Made by a program: the position numbers and the translations under genes
Notes under the pieces: generated by a model
The model's input: only the letters and a program-made list of their open reading frames with translations
What the model was told of the DNA's origin: nothing
Databases searched by the model: none
Assembly: GCA_044868695.1 (NCBI GenBank)
Contig: JBIOWP010000107.1
Span: forward strand, 9,348 to 73,347
DNA: 64,000 bases
DNA from: a bacterium
GTDB taxonomy: Bacteria; Sysuimicrobiota; Sysuimicrobiia; Sysuimicrobiales; Kaftiobacteriaceae
Reading direction: 5' to 3'
In this document: positions 57,974 through 64,000 of the stretch, piece by piece
How positions within the stretch are numbered: position 1 is the first letter of the stretch
Layout of the letters: every line of letters begins with the position of its first letter

Positions 57974-59854
57974 TTGGGACTCGGGACTGGTAAGAAATCT
58001 CACCCATTCCTCGCGCGTCTCGATGGCGGCGTGTTGCTCGCCGACGGCGCGATGGGCACGCTGCTGTATGCCCGCGGCGTGGCGTTCGACCAGTGCTTTG
58101 ACGAGCTAAACCTCAGCCGTCCCGACGTGGTCCGCCAGATCCACCTGGACTACATCGACAGCGGGGCCGGCCTGATCGAAACCAACACCTTCGGCGCCAA
58201 CCGGTTCAAGCTCGCCCAGCACAACCTGGCGCACCGCCTGGCCGAGATTAACCGCGCCGGCGCGGCCCTCGCCCGCGAGGCGGTCGGAAACCGCGAGGTG
58301 TTCGTGGCCGGGTCGATGGGCCCGATCGGCCGGCCCATGGCGCCCCTCGGCACCGTCGCCGCGGAGGAAGTGCGCGACGCGTACGCGGAGCAGGCGGCCG
58401 CGCTGGTCGAGGGCGGGGCGGACGTGCTGATTTTGGAAACGTTCACCGATCTTAGTGAACTGTTGGAGGCTGTTCGCGGAGTACGGTCCGCGGCCACCGT
58501 GCCGGTCATAGCGCAGATGACCTTTACACAGGAAGGCAAGACACTGCTGGGCCACGCGCCGGCTGAGATCGTACGGGCCCTGGAGCGGCTCAAGGTGGAA
58601 GTCGTCGGCGCGAACTGCAGCGTGGGCTCCCAGGGCATCCTGGAGGTCATGCAGCAGATGGCGGATGCGGCGACGTCCGCGAAGCTCTCTGCGATGCCCA
58701 ACGCCGGCTTCCCCGCGTTCGTCGGCGGCCGCTACATCTACTTCTCGACCCCGCCGTACATGGCAGGCTATTCTAGACAACTGGCCGCGCTGGGCGTGCG
58801 CGTCATCGGCGGATGCTGCGGGACAACCCCCGAGCACATTGCGGCCATGCGCGAGGCGCTGGCAAGGCCGGCGGCCGGGCCGGGCCTGTCAATTCCTGGG
58901 GACCTGCGCCCATCGCGCCCGGCACCTGAGCCGGAGACCGCTCCGGCGCCTGCCGTCCGGCCTCAAGCACCGACCACGCTGGCCCAGAAGCTCGGCAAGG
59001 CGTTTGTGATTTCCGTCGAGATCGATCCGCCCCGGGGCGTGCACGATCGCCGGGAGCTGGACGGGTGCCGCCGCTTGAAGGAAAGCGGCGTGGATGTCAT
59101 CGACGTCGCCGACAACCCGATGGCGAGGCTGCGGATGAGCCCGTGGGCGATGTGCTCACGCATCCAGTCCGAGGTCGGCATCGAGACGGTGCTGCACTTT
59201 ACGACGCGCGATCGCAACCTGGTCCGGCTGCAGTCCGACCTCCTGGCTGTACACGCCCTGGGCGTGCGCAACGTGCTCGTCCTGCGCGGGGATCCCCCAC
59301 AGATGGGCGACTACCCGAATGCGACCGCGGTGTCCGATGTCAAACCTTCAGGGCTCGTCCGGCTGATAAAGGACTTCAACCAGGGCCGCGATGTAGCGGG
59401 TAACGCCATCGGGACGCCGACTGCGTTCACCGTCGGCGTCGCGCTCAACCTGGCCGCCCCCGATCTGAGCAAGGAAGCGAAGGCTCTGGAACGCAAGGTG
59501 GAGGCCGGGGCCGACTTCATCTGCACGATGCCTATCTACGAGCCCGAGGCGCTGGATCGGTTCGCCCGCCTGACGAGGCTGCCGGTGCCGGCGCTGGTGG
59601 GGGTACTGCCCCTGGTCAGCCACCGCCACGCGGAGTTCCTGCACAACGAACTGCCTGGATTTTCCGTCCCGGCCTGGGTCCGGGAACGCATGCGCTTGGC
59701 GCACGACGCGCGCGAGGAAGGGATTCGCATCGCCCTAGAACTGGTAGAAGCCATCCGTCCCCTCGTCGGCGGCGTGTACCTGATCCCGTCGTTCGGCCGG
59801 TACGACGCCGTACTGGAACTCGTCCGCCTTGCGCGCCAACCCGCGAAAACCTAA
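57974..59854 (+). CDS. Bifunctional homocysteine S-methyltransferase / methylenetetrahydrofolate reductase (YitJ-like)
   Basis: DGAMGT, TNTFGAN, GANC, GGCCGTTPEH; C-half EIDPP, HFTTRDRN, LHNELPG; start uncertain (inside a repeat). Confidence 0.92.
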   Translation: MGLGTGKKSHPFLARLDGGVLLADGAMGTLLYARGVAFDQCFDELNLSRPDVVRQIHLDYIDSGAGLIETNTFGANRFKLAQHNLAHRLAEINRAGAALAREAVGNREVFVAGSMGPIGRPMAPLGTVAAEEVRDAYAEQAAALVEGGADVLILETFTDLSELLEAVRGVRSAATVPVIAQMTFTQEGKTLLGHAPAEIVRALERLKVEVVGANCSVGSQGILEVMQQMADAATSAKLSAMPNAGFPAFVGGRYIYFSTPPYMAGYSRQLAALGVRVIGGCCGTTPEHIAAMREALARPAAGPGLSIPGDLRPSRPAPEPETAPAPAVRPQAPTTLAQKLGKAFVISVEIDPPRGVHDRRELDGCRRLKESGVDVIDVADNPMARLRMSPWAMCSRIQSEVGIETVLHFTTRDRNLVRLQSDLLAVHALGVRNVLVLRGDPPQMGDYPNATAVSDVKPSGLVRLIKDFNQGRDVAGNAIGTPTAFTVGVALNLAAPDLSKEAKALERKVEAGADFICTMPIYEPEALDRFARLTRLPVPALVGVLPLVSHRHAEFLHNELPGFSVPAWVRERMRLAHDAREEGIRIALELVEAIRPLVGGVYLIPSFGRYDAVLELVRLARQPAKT

Positions 59855-59866
59855 ACTACGAAAGGC

Positions 59867-59959
59867 GGGATCAGGGAACAGGGATTAGGGATTAGGGATT
59901 AGACGACGACTGGTGACGTGTGCGAAGTATCTGCTCCCTAATCCCTACTCCCTAATCCC
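59867..59959. repeat. Inverted pair of GGGATTA-type heptamer arrays
   Basis: GGGATCA GGGAACA GGGATTA x3 ... CCCTAAT CCCTACT CCCTAAT. Confidence 0.8.
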
Positions 59960-59983
59960 GCAGTTGTACCTAGGAGGGCTCGC

Positions 59984-60970
59984 TTGATCACAACGGTCAT
60001 CGGCAACTATCCCAAAATCCCTGATCTGCCAGCGCCGGGCAAGTGGCGCAGCGCGGTCGAGAAACTGCAGAAGGGTCAGATCACGGAGGCCGACCTGCGG
60101 AAGGTGGAAGACGAGGTCACGCTGGAGGCGATCCGGGACCAGGTGGACGCCGGCGTGGACCTCATCACCGACGGGCAGATCCGCTGGGAAGACGCCCCGA
60201 CCTACTTTGCCCGCCGGCTCCGCGGGCTTTCGGTCAACGGGCTGCAGCGCTACTTCGACACCAACATCTACTTCCGCGAACCGCTGGCCGAGGGGGAGGT
60301 GAAGTGGGTCGAACCGATCTCAGTGCGCGACTTCGAGTTTGCTAGAGCCAACAGTCCCAAGCCGGTCAAACCCGTCATCACGGGTCCCTTCACGCTGGCG
60401 AAGCTCAGCCGGAACACCTTCTACCGGTCGCCCCGCGAGTTCACGCTCGCGCTGGCCCGCGCGCTCAACGCCGAGCTGCGTGCCCTGCAAGCGGCAGGGG
60501 CCGAGATTATCCAGGTGGACGAGCCGGCGCTCTGCGGCCACAAGCAGGACTACCCGCTGTTCGCCGAGGCGATGACCATTCTCACGGATGGGGTCAAGGC
60601 GACGAAGGTCCTCGCCACCTACTTTGGCGACGTCGGCAGCATCTACCCGCAGATCCTCGAGCTCCCCTTTGAGGTGATCGGATTGGACTTCGTGGCCGGC
60701 TACCGCAACTGGGACGCGGTGAAGCGCACCCCGTTCACCAAGTCCTTGATGTTCGGCATTCTCGACGCCCGCAACACGCGGCTGGAGACCGTGCATGAAC
60801 TCGTGCAGGCCATCCGCCGCGCGACGGACGTCGTCCCCGCGGACCGCCTCATGGTCGCTCCCAGTGCCGGGCTGGAGTTCCTGCCCCACGGGGTCGCACG
60901 GAAGAAACTGCAGCGGCTCGTCGAGGGAACACGGGCTGCTGGCCAGGCGTTGAAGGGAGCACGCGCATGA
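59984..60970 (+). CDS. Split MetE, non-catalytic half
   Basis: ITDGQIRW, RYFDTNIYFR, QVDEP, ATYFG (no HxC), PSAGLEFLP (no Cys). Confidence 0.85.
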   Translation: MITTVIGNYPKIPDLPAPGKWRSAVEKLQKGQITEADLRKVEDEVTLEAIRDQVDAGVDLITDGQIRWEDAPTYFARRLRGLSVNGLQRYFDTNIYFREPLAEGEVKWVEPISVRDFEFARANSPKPVKPVITGPFTLAKLSRNTFYRSPREFTLALARALNAELRALQAAGAEIIQVDEPALCGHKQDYPLFAEAMTILTDGVKATKVLATYFGDVGSIYPQILELPFEVIGLDFVAGYRNWDAVKRTPFTKSLMFGILDARNTRLETVHELVQAIRRATDVVPADRLMVAPSAGLEFLPHGVARKKLQRLVEGTRAAGQALKGARA

Positions 60971-61956
60971 ATCTGCCCCTGCTGCCTACGACCGCGGTCG
61001 GCAGTTACCCCAAGCCCGGCTATCTGCTGGAGGCCCGACGGAAAGCGCTGCGCCGGCAGATCTCCAAAGACGAACTCACCGAACTGGAGCGCCGCGCGAC
61101 GCGCGAATGGATGTCGACACAGGAAGAGCTGGACATGGACCTGCTCGTGGACGGGGAGCAGTATCGCGGCGACATGGTCGCCTACTTTGCCGATGAGATG
61201 GAAGGCTTCGCGATCGCGGGGCTCGTACGCTCGTATGGGAACCGGTACTATCCGAAGCCCGTGGTCGTGGGTCCTGTCGGCCGGCGCCGGCCGGTGACGG
61301 TTGAATGGTACAAGTTTGCTCAATCTCTGACCACGAAACCCGTCAAGGGCATGCTGACCGGCCCATACACGATCGCGGAATGGTCGTTCAACGAGCACTA
61401 TCCGACCCGCCGCGAGTTGGTTCTGGAGTTGGCCCGGGCGATCCACGAGGAGGTCCGCGACCTTGAGCGGGCGGGCGCGCGGTACATTCAAATCGATGAG
61501 CCGGCGATCCATACGCGGCCGGAGGAAGACTTCGACCTGGCGCGCGAGGCGATGGAAATCGTCACCAGCGGGGTCGGCGCCTACACGGTCAGCCACATCT
61601 GCTACGGCGACGTGCCCAAGATCTACCCGGCGATGCTGGCACTGGCGGTGAACCAGCTCGACCTGGCGTTGAAGAACGAGGAATTTGCCCTGCTGGAGAC
61701 GTTCAAGAACCCGAAGTTCACCAAAGACATCGGCCTGGGCGTGGTCGATGCCCATTCGCACCGCGTGGAGACGGTGGACGAGATCGCCGATGGGATTCGA
61801 AGGACCCTCCAGGTCATCCCGGCCAGGCAGGTGCACATCTCCCCCGACTGCGGCCTCAAGACCCGCACCGTCGAAGAGACGGTCGGCAAGCTGCGCAACA
61901 TGGTGGAGGCCACCAAACTGGTCCGGGCCGAGCTCACAGAAACACGGGCCCGATGA
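60967..61956 (+). CDS. metE: Split MetE, catalytic zinc-binding half
   Basis: TTAVGSYPKP, DGEQYRGDMV, VKGMLTGPYTI, QIDEPA, HICYG, SPDCGLKTR. Confidence 0.9.
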   Translation: MNLPLLPTTAVGSYPKPGYLLEARRKALRRQISKDELTELERRATREWMSTQEELDMDLLVDGEQYRGDMVAYFADEMEGFAIAGLVRSYGNRYYPKPVVVGPVGRRRPVTVEWYKFAQSLTTKPVKGMLTGPYTIAEWSFNEHYPTRRELVLELARAIHEEVRDLERAGARYIQIDEPAIHTRPEEDFDLAREAMEIVTSGVGAYTVSHICYGDVPKIYPAMLALAVNQLDLALKNEEFALLETFKNPKFTKDIGLGVVDAHSHRVETVDEIADGIRRTLQVIPARQVHISPDCGLKTRTVEETVGKLRNMVEATKLVRAELTETRAR

Positions 61957-61971
61957 AGTGAGCTGTCCCTG

Positions 61972-62661
61972 ATGGTTAAGGTTGAGGGCCGCCGCATCGT
62001 CCGCGCCCCGGTGCAAAAGGTGTTCCAGCTCATCAGCCGTGTGGACTCCCAGCCCCGCGTCACCGGCCTGTGGATGGCAGCTGATCTGCTCGAACGCAAG
62101 CCCAACCTGCTCACCGTTCACTATCGCGGCTACTTCGGCGGGATGCCGATTGAGTCGATCCAGCGCGCGACGCTGTACCCGCCCCAGCGCGTGGAGTTCC
62201 GGCAGACGCGGGGCGCGCTGAAAATGCTGCGCGGCGAGTACGTCCTCAAGCCGGTGGACGGGGACACCGAGGTGGCGATGACGGTCGAAGCCGAGGTCGG
62301 CATCCCGCTGATATCAGAGGCATCGGCGCGCCTCATCCTCCATTCGTTCGTCGAGCGGAGCCTCGAGAAATTTAAGTTCACCGCCGAACGCGATCTCCCG
62401 CGGGTCGTACGTCGCCCGCAGGAAGCCGCCGCTCAGGCGGCGAGCACCGCTGAGCCCGGAATAGCACCGGCGCCGGAGGCGGCACCGCCTCCCGTGTCCC
62501 CGCCCCCGCCGCCCAGGCCGCCGCAGCAACAGCGACAGCAGCAGCCTCCTTCCCAGCAGGCGGCCGCCGTACCCGGTACAGGTGCGGGACCCGGCCGCCG
62601 CCGCAGACGGCGACGCAGGCGCAGGCGCCGCGGTAGAGGCAGCGGCCAGGGGACCGGATGA
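61972..62661 (+). CDS. SRPBCC/START-fold protein with Pro/Gln-rich linker and poly-Arg tail
   Basis: VRAPVQKVFQLI, RVEFRQTRG...LRGEY; 12 consecutive Arg near the C-terminus. Confidence 0.7.
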   Translation: MVKVEGRRIVRAPVQKVFQLISRVDSQPRVTGLWMAADLLERKPNLLTVHYRGYFGGMPIESIQRATLYPPQRVEFRQTRGALKMLRGEYVLKPVDGDTEVAMTVEAEVGIPLISEASARLILHSFVERSLEKFKFTAERDLPRVVRRPQEAAAQAASTAEPGIAPAPEAAPPPVSPPPPPRPPQQQRQQQPPSQQAAAVPGTGAGPGRRRRRRRRRRRRGRGSGQGTG

Positions 62662-62990
62662 GCCCCAAGATGCCGACTCCCGTGGAGATCGGCAGCGTCA
62701 CGGACAAGACCCTCGCCATTACCTGGTCCGACGGCCACCGCTCCACGTACTCCTGGGTCTCGCTGCGGATCAACTGCCCCTGCGCGCGCTGCAAAGGCGA
62801 ACCCGGCTTCCAACCGCGCCGGCTGACTGAAAAGGACGTGCCGCCGACCATCCGCGCGATAAGCATGGGCCGTATCGGCGCCTACGCCCTGCGCTTCGTC
62901 TGGTCCGACGGCCACGATACCGGCATCTACCCTTTTAACCTCCTCCGATTTGAGCTCTGCGAATGTGACGAGCACCGAAAACCCTCATAG
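62658..62990 (+). CDS. DUF971/GBBH-N-like Fe-S-associated protein
   Basis: ITWSDGH, LRINCPCARC, GAYALRFVWSDGHDTGIY. Confidence 0.88.
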   Translation: MSPKMPTPVEIGSVTDKTLAITWSDGHRSTYSWVSLRINCPCARCKGEPGFQPRRLTEKDVPPTIRAISMGRIGAYALRFVWSDGHDTGIYPFNLLRFELCECDEHRKPS

Positions 62991-63022
62991 ATTCAATAGA
63001 ATTCTTCTGCTACCATGGGAGA

Positions 63023-64000
63023 GTGACCCCACAGTTGTTAGTTACCAGAGATCAGGTTCTCGCGGCTTTACGCGACGTTCAGGATCCCGAACTGCACAAG
63101 AGCATCGTCGAGCTCGACATGGTCCGCGACGTGGTCATCAGCGACGGCCGCGTGACTGTGGACGCGCTGCTGACCATCGGCGCCTGTCCCCTCCGCGAGA
63201 CAATCATTGACTCCATCAAGGCCAAGGTCCGTGCCCTCCCCGGTGTCGGCGAGGTGCAGGTGAACCTGGGCGTCATGAACCAGGAGCAGCGCCAGACGCT
63301 GATCCAAAAGCTGCACGGCGGAGCGGCGAGCCCGAAAGGGCGCTCCTCCTTCCTGGGTCCCGAGTCGGCGACCCGCGTCATTGCCGTGGCCAGCGGGAAG
63401 GGCGGTGTCGGCAAGTCCACCGTAACGGTCAACCTCGCTGCGGCGCTCGGACAGATGGGGCACAAAGTTGGCGTCATTGACGCCGACGTCTACGGTTTCA
63501 GCATCCCCAAGATGCTCGGGGTGTCCGGCCACCCGACCCTGATTGATCAGATGATCATCCCCCTGGAACGCGACGGCGTCCGCGTCATGTCCATCGGGTT
63601 CATGCTGCCCAGCGACGAAGAGGCCGTGATCTGGCGCGGCCCGCTGCTCCATAAGACCCTCACGACGTTCATCAACGAAGTGCACTGGGGTGACGACCTC
63701 GAGTATCTGCTGATGGACCTGCCGCCCGGGACCGGCGACGTCTCTCTCACGATCGCTCAGACGCTGCCGCAAAGCTACATGCTGCTTGTGACGACTCCGC
63801 AGGAGGCCGCGGTGAAGGTCGCGCTGCGGGCGGCCAAGATGGCAGAGAAGGTCAACATGGAAGTCGTCGGTGTGATCGAGAACATGTCGTACTATCAGCC
63901 GGCCCCCGGCGCTCCGCCGGCCTACATCTTCGGCCGCGGAGGCGGTGAGGCGCTCGCGAAACAGCTGGGCGTTCCATTGATGGGCGAGATCCCGCTGGAT
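63023..64000 (+). CDS. mrp: Mrp/NBP35 (ApbC) Fe-S carrier ATPase with N-terminal DUF59 (3' truncated; absent from ORF track)
   Basis: VQDPELHKSIVELDMV, ACPL, ASGKGGVGKST, DADVYG, IWRGP, DLPPGTGD, VTTPQ, IENMS. Confidence 0.95.
   Translation, partial: MTPQLLVTRDQVLAALRDVQDPELHKSIVELDMVRDVVISDGRVTVDALLTIGACPLRETIIDSIKAKVRALPGVGEVQVNLGVMNQEQRQTLIQKLHGGAASPKGRSSFLGPESATRVIAVASGKGGVGKSTVTVNLAAALGQMGHKVGVIDADVYGFSIPKMLGVSGHPTLIDQMIIPLERDGVRVMSIGFMLPSDEEAVIWRGPLLHKTLTTFINEVHWGDDLEYLLMDLPPGTGDVSLTIAQTLPQSYMLLVTTPQEAAVKVALRAAKMAEKVNMEVVGVIENMSYYQPAPGAPPAYIFGRGGGEALAKQLGVPLMGEIPLD

Noticed and set aside
22814..59959. Heptamer arrays as CRISPR repeats
   Set aside because: 7-nt tandem units in inverted pairs, no repeat-spacer periodicity, no cas genes
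664..63772. Many long antisense and alternate-frame ORFs in the track (e.g. 12801-14438, 17554-19245, 33757-35532)
   Set aside because: Shadows of high-GC coding genes with no recognisable motifs

Overview
High-GC bacterial chromosomal window with about 65 mostly + strand genes and no prophage, IS transposase, CRISPR, rRNA or tRNA that I can recognise. It holds an ABC transporter end, tag, thyX, iscS, a complete nuoA-N operon with fused NuoEF followed by fixCX, a damage-control operon (yjjX, AlaX-like, Fpg-like, SAM hydrolase), trpB2 and an FTR1 permease. A large sulfur/thiol block follows: cystathionine gamma-lyase, CysO, CBS, SbnI/SerK-like kinase, CysM, Mec, Rrf2, SigH/RshA-type pair, FNR, MoeZ, Fe-S carriers, RtcB, SpeE, YitJ-like enzyme, split MetE and Mrp. 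Four observations stand out. (1) An ORF missed by the ORF track (38636-38926) encodes a MerT-like membrane protein whose Cys-Cys metal-binding pair is replaced by two tandem in-frame TGA codons followed by a SECIS-like hairpin, i.e. a candidate Sec-Sec selenoprotein directly behind FTR1. (2) An SbnI/SerK-like free-serine kinase sits inside a CysO-CysM-Mec operon. (3) Two Zn dehydrogenases of apparently opposite cofactor preference precede an Rru_A2000-like cupin, suggesting a RuBisCO-like-protein-independent MTA-isoprenoid shunt. (4) A CYTH domain is fused to a DNPH1-like N-glycosidase. All family calls come from motif recognition by eye; no database search was run.
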